Part shown: positions 1-12,800 of the stretch, one piece after another
How positions within the stretch are numbered: position 1 is the first letter of the stretch
How the letters are laid out: the number at the start of each line of letters is the position of its first letter
DNA from: Nitrosopumilus sp.
GTDB taxonomy: Archaea; Thermoproteota; Nitrososphaeria; Nitrososphaerales; Nitrosopumilaceae
Direction of reading: 5' to 3'
DNA: 64,000 nucleotides
Assembly: GCA_965238275.1 (NCBI GenBank)
Contig: OZ250186.1
Location: 1,248,001-1,312,000, forward strand
Program-made: the position numbers and the translations under genes
The notes under the pieces: model-generated
Databases searched by the model: none
Told to the model about the DNA's origin: nothing
The model's input: only the letters and a program-made list of their open reading frames with translations

Positions 1-3
1 GCC

Positions 4-3000
4 GTGCGGGATGCTGCCGGAAATACCAACGCCGCGCCCACGTCATCTGCCATCAGGTTTGACCACGTCGCGCCGACAGTGACATCCCTCTCCCTGACCG
101 ATTCGTCCCCAGACGGCTCAAGCGCTACTTTTACTGCCGTCTTTAACGAGCCGGTCACGTTCGTGGGAGACATCGATGTAACCGGCGGCACGGCCGACCC
201 CCGGCGTCCGGAGGGTAAGACAGAATTATTCACCTTTACGGTAACTCCCACGGGCAGATCCATAGTTACCGTACAGATCCCCCAAGACGCCGTGCAGGAT
301 GATGTCGGAAACTACAACGACCTGGCATCCGAGGAGGCCACGTTTGACCCGAACGGGTTTCAAACCCGAATCACGACTGAGCCTAAATCCCCCACCACTG
401 AACGATCCGTGGACTTTACGGTGATCTTTGAGGATGCCCCCGATGACGACAACTATTCCCCCTTCGAAACAGACGATATATTGGTCAATTTCCAACCGCC
501 CACATCACCCGCATCATTCACAAGCGACCCCGCCCAATCCAACGCCACCACCTACACGTTCGGCCTGGGCGGGCTCAACGGCACCTACAAAGTGGCAGTC
601 AAAGGCGGCGCCGTGTTCAACGCCGATGGAACCCCCAACGCGGCCGCAAGCGCCGACGTGCTCGTGGACCTCGTGCCCCCCGACATCACGTACTCTGGCA
701 TGACGACTATCCCGATCGGGAACCCGGTCCCGACGGCCACGTGCACAGACGCACTTGACCCTGACCCCGCCCTGAGTCGCACCGACCCTGACCCTAACCC
801 CCACCTGGATCCACCCGACCCCAAAACATTTGAAAATGAGGGAGGCTCCGCCGTGACGTACACGTGCACGGATTGGGTCGGCCACTCCTCTACCCTGCAA
901 GCCCAGTTTACCGTCACAAACGACCCCCCGGAACTCCGTTCGGCACTGCTCAAAAAGGGCTCCATGGAGCTGGTTCTCCGGTTCGACGAATCAGTCACGC
1001 CCCAAGATCCCATTGGAAAAATGTGGGTGCACGACACGGGCAACACTACCCGCGTGGTGGTAATGGGAGACGTTTTACTACGTCAGGGAGAATACCCCCT
1101 CAGCACCGTCACGATAGGCCTTAACGTTGCAACCCTTGACGCCATCGGGGACATGGGCAGGCCCCAGATTGACATTGGGCGGGACGCGTTTGTAGACAAG
1201 TACGGAAAGCAGATGAAGGAGGGCGGCGTCTCAAACCACACGATCAGGTTCCCGTCCTCGGGCGGCGGCGGTGACAGGGATCAGACGCCCCCGGTGATCG
1301 ACCTTGGCACCCTGCGTTCCCTGAACGTGATCCCGCTGCCAGAACGCGTGGAGCAGCTGCTCGAGTCGTACGACCGCAACGTCCCCCTCTCCCCGGTGGC
1401 AAATCCCGGGCCGTTTGGCTTTCCGCTGACCATTAACGGGGACGCGTACGCGCTAGGATCCCCGCACAGCACGCTGATCCCCAAAAACGTCGCAGCGGGC
1501 CTCCCCGCGACGATCGAGTTTGTCGTCTACGAGGAGTCCTACCTGTCCCACTTTACGCTGTACATGAACCTGCACGGCGGCAACGCGCTGTACCACAAAA
1601 GCGACACCCACGTACGGTACACCGCCGCCGCCGCCGCCGAGACCAGGATCACAGACCCGCACGGGTACATCCAAGACGCGTCCGTGGAAATAACGAAAGA
1701 CTCCTCCCCGATGACAGTCACGATCGTCGCGGAGTTTGCCGAGGCGATGGGAATGACCAACATGGCCGTCCGGACGTGGGATTCCGGGGGGAACGTGGCG
1801 GATCTGCGCGTGCTTGACGCCATTCGGGTAGTGGCCGCAGGAAGCGACGCCCTGGTGGACCCGGAGCCGTGCGGCGAGGACTTCGGCACGGTGGCGGCTG
1901 GCGCGGCAGGATCAGGCGCGCCGTATGTGGATCCCGAGCCGGACGTGGATCAGGAACCTGGGGTGGATCAGGAACCTGGGGTGGACCCCGAGCCGGTCAT
2001 GGATCTGGAGCCTAGGGTGGATCCTGAGCCCTGCGCTGAACCCGAAGCCGCACCCGATCCAGAACCCGAAGCCGCACCCGATCCAGAACCCGAAGCCGCA
2101 CCCGATCCAGAACCCGAAGCCGCACCCGAGTCCGCCATGGATCCGGGATCCGCACCGGACTACTCCGGGCTGTTAGAATCCCTGGGCCACTCCGAGACAG
2201 ACGTTCCGGACTGGGTGCTGGAGCAGCTGGGGCCGCTTGTGGTGCGGGGGCAGATCGGCATGGACGAGTTTGAGGCGGCAGTACAGTTCGTGCTGGGACC
2301 CGCACCTGGACCCGAGGCCGCACCTGGACCCGAGGCCGCACCTGGACCCGAGGCCGCACCTGGACCCGAGGCCGCACCTGGACCCAAGCCCGCGCCGGAA
2401 CCCGTGGTCACACAGGAGCCCGCCATGGATCCGGGATCCGCACCGGACTACTCCGGGCTGCTCGAATCCCTGGGCCACTCCGAGACAGACGTTCCGGACT
2501 GGGTGCTGGAGCAGCTGGGGCCGCTGGTGGCCCATGGGCAGGTCGGCATGGACGAGTTCAAGGCGGCGATACAGTACGTGTTGGGGCACGGGCCGGAGCA
2601 CGGGCCGGTGTACGGGCCGGAACACGCCCCCCCTGAATCCGCGGCAGCCGCGGCCCCTCCACCGGAGACCGGCTCGCCCGGGCAGAACCTGGGAATGTGG
2701 TACGTGGTCCCGGCCGACACCGAGTACGACCTCGGCGAGGCGTCCCTCAACGTCACGACGATATCTGCGCAGAACGCGTTCCTTGACGGGCACGACCCGG
2801 ACTACGGCATCGGCGACGGCGGCGACTCGCGCCTCTTCAACATGACCGGCAGCACCCTGATGTTCAAAGAGGAGCCTGCCTCTAACGGCACCTACGAGGT
2901 CAACGTGACGGCTTCAGGCGGCTACCTCGGCTCCGGCAACCACCGCGTGCTGGCAATAGAGGTCACCGGATTCGACTTGACGTCGTTTGTGACCACGTGG

Positions 3001-3753
3001 GAGGTTTCTGTCCCCGGCGGCACCGTGACGATCCCGACAGGCGGCGCCGGCGGCACATACTCTGTGGACTGGGGCGACGGCCTGGCCAGCGAGAACGTCA
3101 CGGGCGACTCAAAGCACGCGTACGGCTCGGCCGGCACGTACACCGTCTACATCTCCGGGAACTTTTCGAGGATACACCTGGGCGACGCGGCGCTTGCAGA
3201 CGCGCAGGCCAACGCGGCAAAGCTGCGATCCGTGGAGCAGTGGGGCGACGCGGAATGGGCCTCGATGGCCGGCGCCTTTGCCGGCGTCTCCAACATGGCA
3301 TACAACGCGCATGACGCGCCCGACCTGTCCGGCGTGGCCGACATGTCCCACATGTTCCACGGCGCCTCCTCGTTTGCAGGCGACCTGTCTGGCTGGGACG
3401 TCTCGGCCGTCCAAGACATGTCCCACATGTTCCACGGCGCCTCCTCGTTTGCAGGCGACCTGTCCGGCTGGGACGTCTCGGGGGTCGATGACATGTCCCA
3501 CATGTTCCACGGCGCCTCCTCGTTTGCAGGCGACCTGTCCGGCTGGGACGTCTCGGGGGTCGATGACATGTCCCACATGTTCCACGACGCCTCCTCGTTT
3601 GCAGGCGACCTGTCCGGCTGGGACGTCTCGGCCGTCCAAGACATGTCCCACATGTTCCACGACGCCTCCTCGTTTGCAGGCGACCTGTCCGGCTGGGACG
3701 TCTCGGGGGTCGATGACATGTCCCGCATGCTGGACGGTACTAGCTATGGGTAA
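4..3753 (+). CDS. Large modular surface protein, probably 5'-truncated by the window edge (Ig-like domains, DUF5011-like module, conserved ~200-aa domain, DPEP/PGPEAA repeats, two helical 'VPDWV' domains, terminal DUF285 cassette)
   Basis: The ORF is open from the window start. It contains the DUF285 motif MSHMFHGASSFAGDLSGWDVS five times and a PKD-like YSVDWGDG. Its PPVIDLGTL...HFTLYMNL...SDTHV block is shared with the next gene. Confidence 0.85.
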   Translation: MRDAAGNTNAAPTSSAIRFDHVAPTVTSLSLTDSSPDGSSATFTAVFNEPVTFVGDIDVTGGTADPRRPEGKTELFTFTVTPTGRSIVTVQIPQDAVQDDVGNYNDLASEEATFDPNGFQTRITTEPKSPTTERSVDFTVIFEDAPDDDNYSPFETDDILVNFQPPTSPASFTSDPAQSNATTYTFGLGGLNGTYKVAVKGGAVFNADGTPNAAASADVLVDLVPPDITYSGMTTIPIGNPVPTATCTDALDPDPALSRTDPDPNPHLDPPDPKTFENEGGSAVTYTCTDWVGHSSTLQAQFTVTNDPPELRSALLKKGSMELVLRFDESVTPQDPIGKMWVHDTGNTTRVVVMGDVLLRQGEYPLSTVTIGLNVATLDAIGDMGRPQIDIGRDAFVDKYGKQMKEGGVSNHTIRFPSSGGGGDRDQTPPVIDLGTLRSLNVIPLPERVEQLLESYDRNVPLSPVANPGPFGFPLTINGDAYALGSPHSTLIPKNVAAGLPATIEFVVYEESYLSHFTLYMNLHGGNALYHKSDTHVRYTAAAAAETRITDPHGYIQDASVEITKDSSPMTVTIVAEFAEAMGMTNMAVRTWDSGGNVADLRVLDAIRVVAAGSDALVDPEPCGEDFGTVAAGAAGSGAPYVDPEPDVDQEPGVDQEPGVDPEPVMDLEPRVDPEPCAEPEAAPDPEPEAAPDPEPEAAPDPEPEAAPESAMDPGSAPDYSGLLESLGHSETDVPDWVLEQLGPLVVRGQIGMDEFEAAVQFVLGPAPGPEAAPGPEAAPGPEAAPGPEAAPGPKPAPEPVVTQEPAMDPGSAPDYSGLLESLGHSETDVPDWVLEQLGPLVAHGQVGMDEFKAAIQYVLGHGPEHGPVYGPEHAPPESAAAAAPPPETGSPGQNLGMWYVVPADTEYDLGEASLNVTTISAQNAFLDGHDPDYGIGDGGDSRLFNMTGSTLMFKEEPASNGTYEVNVTASGGYLGSGNHRVLAIEVTGFDLTSFVTTWEVSVPGGTVTIPTGGAGGTYSVDWGDGLASENVTGDSKHAYGSAGTYTVYISGNFSRIHLGDAALADAQANAAKLRSVEQWGDAEWASMAGAFAGVSNMAYNAHDAPDLSGVADMSHMFHGASSFAGDLSGWDVSAVQDMSHMFHGASSFAGDLSGWDVSGVDDMSHMFHGASSFAGDLSGWDVSGVDDMSHMFHDASSFAGDLSGWDVSAVQDMSHMFHDASSFAGDLSGWDVSGVDDMSRMLDGTSYG
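2038..2585 (+). repeat. Coding repeats: 24-bp EPEAAPDP units, 18-bp PGPEAA units and a ~165-bp duplication at 2133 and 2421
   Basis: Directly visible tandem and dispersed repeats. Confidence 0.9.
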
Positions 3754-3855
3754 AACACGATGCTTGACGGTGACTCCTCCCTTGATTGCAACCCTGGCAG
3801 CTGGCGTGTTGTGCAGGATCATGGGCAAAAAGGCACCCGGCATGATGGGAACGAT

Positions 3856-3865
3856 GGGGGGGGGG
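3856..3865 (+). repeat. G10 homopolymer immediately upstream of the giant ORF
   Basis: Sequence acgatGGGGGGGGGGagatgacaaggtg. Confidence 0.9.
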
Positions 3866-3875
3866 AGATGACAAG

Positions 3876-6800
3876 GTGCGCGACATAATGCTGAATCGGC
3901 ATGATCCCGATCCCCGCCCCAGCCCGACCTGGTTTCGCGGCAGGCGCCGGGTTTGGCTGCTTGCAGTGTCCGTGCTGGTAGCAGCAACTGGCGCCGTGAT
4001 CCATGTGCCAGAACACGCCTTTGAGCAGGACGTCTTGGATCCGGGCGCGATGCCGGCGCCGGACGGCGCGGAGCCCGCATGGTACCAGCAACAGCAGCAG
4101 CAGCCCGGCCACGCATTTGCGCAGACGGCCAGCCCGGAAGAGATTGGGGTGCCTGAAAAGTTTGAGGGGCAGTTTTACGAACAGATACTTGCACTCGCAG
4201 GGGCGGGCGCGCAGCAGCAGCGGCCCGGCACCGACGCCGGCACGAAAACGCCCCCGGCGGGAGGCGACGGCGACGCAGGGCGGGATTTTGGCATCCCTCC
4301 GTACAACTTTGACGGCGACGACGTCTTCATCACGCCTGACGACGACGTCTTGTACCATACCGTGGTGATCATAGTGGCAAAGTACGGCCCGGACGGCGCC
4401 GACATATCCGGGCAGCAAAAGGCAGGGGTGGTCGGGGAGCTGGAGCTGGCAGGCGCAAGGGACATATCGGCTGCCCAGACGCTGCCGTTTGTAACGGCAT
4501 CCGTGCCAGTCGACATGATAATCGGCCTTTCGCTGCTCGGGGAGGTACGCCTGATCGGGGACGGCCAGATCCAGATGCATTCGGATGCATCCGATCCGAT
4601 TGCAACCATAAACGCGACTGCCGCGGCGCTTGCCACGGCACGCGGCACCACCGCAAACGGCACGGGCATCACGGTGGCAGTGATTGACTCCGAACTCGTC
4701 AACCATCCGATGGTACGCGACAAGATCACCGGCTACGTGGACTGTACCAGTAGTCCGTGTAGCAACGTGGCTGCCCCGACGGCCCCGACGCACCATTCAG
4801 ACTTGACGCATGGAGGTCTCGTGGCGCATTATATCGGAACCTCCGGCCACTTACTCTACAACGGAATCGCCCCCGGTGCCGAAATAATCAGCATCGCCGC
4901 TGGCTCACACATCGCCGGGACTTACCGCTCCTTTGACTGGGTAGCCACCAACGACGTGGACGTTGTCAACCTGAGCCTTGATAGCGTTAGCCGTTGCAGC
5001 GACTTGCCCGGCCCGTCTGCATACCGCACCATACTTGATGATACCGTCCTGTTAGGGACCGTCGTCTCGATTTCTGCCGGAAACTCCGGTCCCGGGTATG
5101 GAACGCTCGGACTGAGCTGCTCGTACAACACCATTCACGTGGGCGGAATCGATGACCGCGATGCCGCCGCCATTACCATGTATGACTCCTCCAGCAGGGG
5201 GCCGTACGGCAATACTGAAGGCCCCATCAGTACCCACCAATTGCACCCCGTAATGAAGCCAGAGATCGTGGCTCCAGCAGTGCAAGTGCCGATTGCAATC
5301 AACGCCACCACCTACGGGCGTGCCAGCGGAACAAGCTTTTCAGCCCCCCAAGTGTCGGCGGCGGCCGCCGTGCTGATAGGCGAGAACGGCGATCTGGGTC
5401 CCGAGGGGGTGCGCGCGGCCCTCTTTCTCGGGGCAGACTGGCAGGGACCGAACTCGTGCACGTCGGCGCAGTTTGAACAAGACGACCCGGAAGACAACTG
5501 TTCCCACGCGCGCCAGCCGCTCGGCGACGATGCCAAATCCCTTGAAATACTCAACAACGCGGGCTTTGGCATACTCAACGTGGGACGGTCCCTGCATTAC
5601 GCCCTGCAAGGTGACGGGGGGATGGGCCGCCACATCGTCGCAGGCGACCTTTTCGGGGGTGACCAGCTGCAGTACCAATTCGACGTCGCCGCCGCCAACG
5701 CCACAGAACCCGTCAAGGTGATCCTGACCTGGCTGAACAACCCGTATGACGTAATCCACTACGACAGGGACACCGGCGCAGTTGTGGTTGAATATGCCAG
5801 CATCTACAATCTTGACTTCTCGGTGGACTGTCCGGGAATGGACACCGTCCACGCCAACTCCGTCCGCCAGAACAACGAGTTTGCAGTGTTTGTGCCAGTT
5901 CAGGCCGGGACGTGCACCGTTCAGGTGGAGCGCCTTGATGCAGGAAACGACGTAAAGGGGTTCGCGCTTGCAAGCACCGTCCATCTCCACCGATCCCCGT
6001 CGATGAGCATCGTTTCCCATACTCCGACTGCCATAGGAATAAAGGCCGACTTTGGCATGGCGATCAAGCCTGACACGTTTACAGCATCTGACATCGCGGC
6101 CTCTGTGGGGAACGTGTCTGAGCCTGTAACCGGGAACAACCAGACGTTTACGTTTGGCATAGCATACCGGGGAGACAAGGACATTACAGTGTCAATCCCG
6201 GCCGGCGCCGTGGAGTATGCAGACGGACGCGCAAACTTTGAGGCAAGCATCGTTGTGAGGAAATCGTTTACCACCGGATGGACCACTACCTCTGCAAACC
6301 AGACGGTCGGGTTCACGATGCACGTGTCCGGAACCGCCACCATAGACTGGGGCGACGGTTCCCCTGATGCCAGCGTCACAGGCAACGGCTCGCAGACGCA
6401 CACGTATGAAAATGCAGGCAACCATGCCGTCACCATCAGGGGCGACCTGAAAGCCTTTCGCTTTGCCGGCGGTACCGACACCCCCGCGCTCCTCAAGTCA
6501 GTCGACCGGTGGGGGTACGCAGAATGGTCCACCATGAATGACATGTTCCACAGCGCAACCAATGTGGTGCATAAGGCGACTGACGCGCCGAACCTCTCCG
6601 GGGTGAAAAGCATGAGATACATGTTCTACAGAGCCGCCTACTTCGACGGCAACCTCTCCGGCTGGAACACCTCGTCTGTCACCGACATGACCGGCATGTT
6701 CCACGGTGCCACCAGATTTAACGGCGACCTCTCCGGATGGAACACCTCGCAAGTCACCTCCATGCCAAGCATGTTCTACAAAGCCGACAACTTCGACGGC

Positions 6801-9800
6801 AACCTCTCCGGCTGGGACGTCTCCGATGTCAGGGACATGAACAAAATGTTCGCCCAAGCCATAGTCTTCAACGGCGACCTCTCCGGATGGAACACCTCGC
6901 AAGTCACCTACATGTCAAGCATGTTCCAAGCGGCCAAGAGATTTAACGGCGACATCTCCGGCTGGAACACCTCGTCTGTCACCGACATGCACAACATGTT
7001 CGACAGCGCCACCGTATTTAACGGCGACATCTCCGGCTGGGACGTCTCGTCTGTCACCAACATGGCCCAAATGTTCTTCCTAGACGACGACTTCAACGGC
7101 GACATCTCCGGCTGGGACACCTCGTCTGTCGGAGTCATGAGTGGGATGTTCGCCGGCGCCACCAACTTCAACCGAGACATCTCCGGCTGGGACGTCTCGA
7201 AGGTATTCGTCATGAAGGACATGTTCAAAGCCGCCACCTCATTTGATCAGAACCTGGGGCCCTGGTATGTCGTGGCCGGTGGCACCACCGTAGTCCTATG
7301 GCCGGACGTGCCGCTCGGCCCCCGCGACATAGGCAGGATCACCCTGACCAGCTCGGCTCCCGGGACCATCCACGCTTCCTGGGCGGCGCCTGCCGAGAAC
7401 CCCGCCAACTACAGGATATCCTGGGCCAAGGTGGGTGATGACTTCCTGACCTATATCGACCATACCGGCAACGCCTTCCCGACAGAACCACGTCATACCA
7501 TTACGGGCCTGGAGGGTGGCGAGGAGTACAAGGTGATGGTGCGCGCCTCCAACGGCGACTGGAGCGGCGAGGTAACCATCACCGTTGCGGAGCCGCCTGA
7601 CAGCAGCCAGTCCGTCGAGGATCCGCCGCCGTCCATCACCGTAGACCGCGCCGCCCTCCCCGGGAAAGTCGCCACCCTGTACGCCCAGAACGACGTCCTG
7701 ACCAGACACAACCCGTACTACGCGATAGAGACCGGCCACGACTCGGCCCACTTTAGGATCATCGACGGCAACGTCCTGGACATGACCACGCCCAATCCCG
7801 CCTGCACCGTCTGCGCCGTCAACGTGACTGCGTCAGGCGACGCGGTGTTTGAGGACGGCAACAACTGGAGGATCATCCGGGTGATGCTGGTCGGCGAAGC
7901 CCCCGCCTTTGTCACCACCTGGCAGGCCACCGATACCGACAGAACCATAACCATCCCCGTCGGCGACTCTGTAGCCTCCTACGACATCGACTGGGGCGAC
8001 GGAAATACCGGGGATGGCCTCACCGGCAGCCAGACCCACAATTACACCGACACCGGCAACTACACAGTCACCATTACAGGCGGCTTTGAGAGGATCCGCC
8101 TGAACGGCGGCTCGTCAGGCACCACAGCAGAGCAAGGCAACGCCCGGCAGCTCCTGTCCATAGACCGGTGGGGGACGATCTCCTGGACCGACATGGCAGA
8201 CGCGTTTGCGGGAGCCTCCAACATGGAATACCGCGCGGTAGACGCCCCCGTCCTGTCCAGAGTCACCGACATGTCCCACATGTTCGAAGGCGCCGCCTCC
8301 TTTGACGGCGACATCTCCGGATGGGACACCTCGCGCGTCACCACCATGTCAAGAATGTTCGAAGGCGCCAGAGACTTCAACGGTAACATCTCCGGCTGGA
8401 ACGTCTCGAAGGCGACTGGCATGACTGACATGTTCTCCGGCGCCACCAACTTTGATCAGAACCTGGGGCTCTGGTATGTCGTTCCCGACGGCGCCACCGT
8501 CATAGACCGCGTCGGCCTCCCCGGGAACGTCGCCACCCTGTCCGCCCAGAACGGGTTCCTTGACGGACACGACCCGTACTACGCGATAGGGACCGGCTAC
8601 GACTCGGCCCACTTTAGGATCATCGACGGCAACGTCCTGGACATGGCCGAGGCCAATCCCGCCTGCACCACCTGCACCGTCAACGTGACTGCCACGGGAC
8701 CGTACGTCTTTGAAGACGGCAACAACTGGAGGATCATCCAGGTGAATGTGGTCAGCGGAACAGACTTTGTCACCACCTGGCAGGCCACCGATACCGACAG
8801 AACCATAACCATCCCCGTCGGCGGCTCCAAGGCCTCCTACGACATCGACTGGGGCGACGGAAATACCGGGACGGGCCTCACCGGCAACCAAAACCACACG
8901 TACACTGACGCCGGCAGCTACAATGTCGCCATCTCAGGCGACTTTGAGAGGATCCGCCTGAACGGCGGCTCGTCAGGCACCACAGCAGAGCAAGACAACG
9001 CGCGACAGCTCCTGTCCATAGACCAGTGGGGGACGATTTCTTGGACCAGCATGAGCGGCGCGTTTGCGGGAGCCTCCAAAATGGAATACCGCGCGGTAGA
9101 CGCCCCCGTCCTGTCCAGAGTCACCGACATGTTCCACATGTTCGAAGGCGCCGCCTCCTTTGACGGCGACATCTCCGGATGGGACACCTCGTCTGTCACC
9201 ACCATGTACCGCATGTTCGAAGGCGCCGCTTCCTTTGACGGCGACATCTCCGGATGGGACACCTCGCGCGTCACCGACATGCGCAGCATGTTTGAAAACG
9301 CCGCCTCCTTTGACGGCTACATCTCCGGATGGAACGTCTCGAAGGCGACTAACATGACTGACATGTTCTCCGGCGCCACCAACTTTGATCAGAACCTGGG
9401 GCCCTGGTATGTCGTTCCCGACGGCGCCACCGTCATAGACCGCGTCGGCCTCCCCGGGAACGTCGCCACCCTGTCCGCCCAGAACGGGTTCCTTGACGGA
9501 CACAGCCCGACCTACGCGATAGGGACCGGCTACGACTCGGCCCACTTTAGGATCATCGACGGCAACGTCCTGGACATGGCCGAGGCCAATCCCGCCTGCA
9601 CCACCTGCACCGTCAACGTGACTGCCACGGGACCGTACGTCTTTGAAGACGGCAACAACTGGAGGATCATCCAGGTGAGGCTGGTAGGCGACTTTGTCAC
9701 CACCTGGCAGGCCACCGATACCGACAGAACCATAACCATCCCCGTCGGCGACTCTGTAGCCTCCTACGACATCGACTGGGGCGACGGAAAGAACCAGACG

Positions 9801-12800
9801 GGCGTCACCGGCAACCAAAACCACACGTACGCTAACGCCGGTGACTACACAGTCACCATCTCAGGCGACTTTGAGAGGATCCGCCTGAACGGCGCCGCCG
9901 GGTCAGGAGGCACCACAGCAGAGCAAGACAACGCGCGACAGCTCCTGTCCATAGACCAGTGGGGGACGATTTCTTGGACCAGCATGAGAGGCGCGTTTGC
10001 GGGAGCCTCCAACATGGAATACCGCGCAGTCGACGCCCCCGACCTGTCCAGAGTCCTCAGCATGTCAAGCATGTTTGTCGGCGCCGCCTCCTTTGACGGC
10101 GACCTCTCCGGCTGGAACCCCTCGTCTGTCACCACCATGACAAACATGTTCAAAAATGCCACCAACTTTGACGGCGACATCTCCGGCTGGAACCCCTCTA
10201 GCGTCACCTCCATGTCCCACATGTTCTACGGCGCCGACTCGTTCAACCGCAACCTCTCCGGCTGGGACGTCTCGTCTGTCACCTCCATGTCCCACATGTT
10301 CGAAGGCGCCACCAACTTTGACGGCGACATCTCCGGCTGGAACCCCTCGTCGGTCACCTACATGAACAACATGTTCGACGGCGCCGCCTCGTTCAACGGC
10401 AACCTCTCCGGCTGGGACGTCTCGTCGGTCCACCTCATGTTCCGCATGTTCGAAGGCGCCGCCTCCTTTGACGGCGACATCTCCGGCTGGAACCCCTCTA
10501 GAGTCACCTCCATGTCCCACATGTTCTACGGCGCCGACTCGTTCAACCGCAACCTCTCCGGCTGGGACGTCTCGTCTGTCACCGACATGCGCCACATGTT
10601 CGAAGGCGCCGCCTCCTTTGACGGCGACATCTCCGGCTGGAACCCCTCTAGAGTCACCTCCATGTCCCACATGTTCTACGGCGCCGACTCGTTCAACCGC
10701 AACCTCTCCGGCTGGGACGTCTCGTCTGTCACCAACATGACAAACATGTTCAAAAATGCCACCAACTTTGACGGCGACCTCTCAGGATGGAACCCCTCTA
10801 GCGTCACCACCATGGAAAGCATGTTCGAACAAGCCATCTCATTCAACCGCAACCTCTCCGGCTGGAACGTCTCGTCTGTCACCGACATGCACAGCATGTT
10901 CAGAGGTGCCACCTCATTCAACGGCGACCTCTCCGGATGGAACCCCTCTAGCGTCACCACCATGGAAAACATGTTCGAACAAGCCATCTCATTCAACCGC
11001 AACCTCTCCGGCTGGAACCCCTCTAGCGTCACCACCATGCTTCGCATGTTCTACGGCGCCGCCTCGTTCAACGGCACCCTCTCCGGCTGGGACGTCTCGT
11101 CTGTCACCGACATGCGCCACATGTTCGAAGGCGCCGACTCGTTCAACGGCGACATCTCCGGCTGGAACGTCTCCGGCGTCAGGGAGATGAATGACATGTT
11201 CAAAGGCGCCACCAACTTTGATCAGAACCTGGGGCTCTGGTATGTCGTGCCTGATGATGCCACCCCCACCGTAGACCGCGCCGACCTCCCAGGAAACGTC
11301 GCCACCCTGTCCGCCCAGAACGGGTTCCTTGACAGACACAACCCGCACTACGCGATAGGGACCGGCCACGACTCGGCCCACTTTGGGATCATCGACGGCA
11401 ACGTCCTGAACATGACCACGGCCAATCCCGCCTGCACCACCTGCGCCGTCAACGTGACTGCGTCAGGCGACGCGGTATTTGAGGACGGCAACAACTGGAG
11501 GATCATCCGGGTGATGCTGATCGGCGAAGCCCTCGCCTTTGTCACCACCTGGCAGGCCACCGACGCCGACAGGACCATAACCATCCCCGTCGGCGACTCT
11601 GTAGCCCCCTACGACGTCCACTGGGGCGACGGAACGACCGGGGATGGCCTCACCGGCAACCAAAACCACACGTACGCTGACGCCGGCAACTACACAGTCA
11701 CCATTACAGGCGGCTTTGAGAGGATCCGCCTGAACGGCGCCAACGGGTCAGGAGGCACCACAGCAGAGCAAGACAACGCGCAACAGCTCCTGTCCATAAA
11801 CCAGTGGGGGGGCGTCTACTGGGCAGACATGGCAGACGCGTTTGCCGGAGCCTCCAACATGCAATACCTCGCCACTGACGCCCCCGACCTGTCCAGAGTC
11901 ACCCACATGAACAACATGTTCAGAGGTGCCTCCTCATTCAACGGCGACCTCTCCGGCTGGGACGTCTCGTCTGTCACCCACATGAACAACATGTTTACAC
12001 TCGCCAAAGCCTTCAACGGCGACATCTCCGACTGGAACCCCTCTAACGTCACCGACATGTACGGCATGTTTTCAAGCGCCAGAGACTTCAACGGCGACAT
12101 CTCCGGCTGGAACACCTCGTCTGTCACCACCATGTACGGCATGTTCGATAAAGCCTCCTCATTCAACGGCAACCTCTCCGGCTGGAACGTCTCGTCGGTT
12201 ACCTCCATGCACAGCATGTTCAGAGACGCCGACTCATTCAACGGCGACCTCTCCGGATGGAACCCCTCTAGCGTCACCACCATGACAAACATGTTCGAAC
12301 AAGCCATCAAATTTGACGGCAACCTCTCCGGCTGGAACGTCTCGTCGGTCACCACCATGACAAACATGTTCAAAAAAGCCACCAACTTTGACGGCGACCT
12401 CTCCGGCTGGAACCCCTCTAGCGTCACCACCATGACAAGCATGTTCGAACAAGCCACCAACTTTGACGGCGACATCTCCGGCTGGAACTCCTCCAGCGTC
12501 ACCCACATGAACAGCATGTTCGAAGACGCCAGAGACTTTGACGGCGACATCTCCGGCTGGGACACCTCGCGCGTCACCCACATGTCAAGCATGTTTGCCG
12601 GCGCCACCAACTTCAACGGCGACATCTCCGGATGGGACACCTCGTCGGTCACCACCATGACAGGCATGTTCGCCGGCGCCACCAACTTCAACGGCGACAT
12701 CTCCGGCTGGAACCCCTTGAGCGTCACCAGCATGCGCAGCATGTTCGAAAGCGCCTCCAAATTCAACCAGGACCTCTCCGGCTGGAACGTCTCGTCTGTC

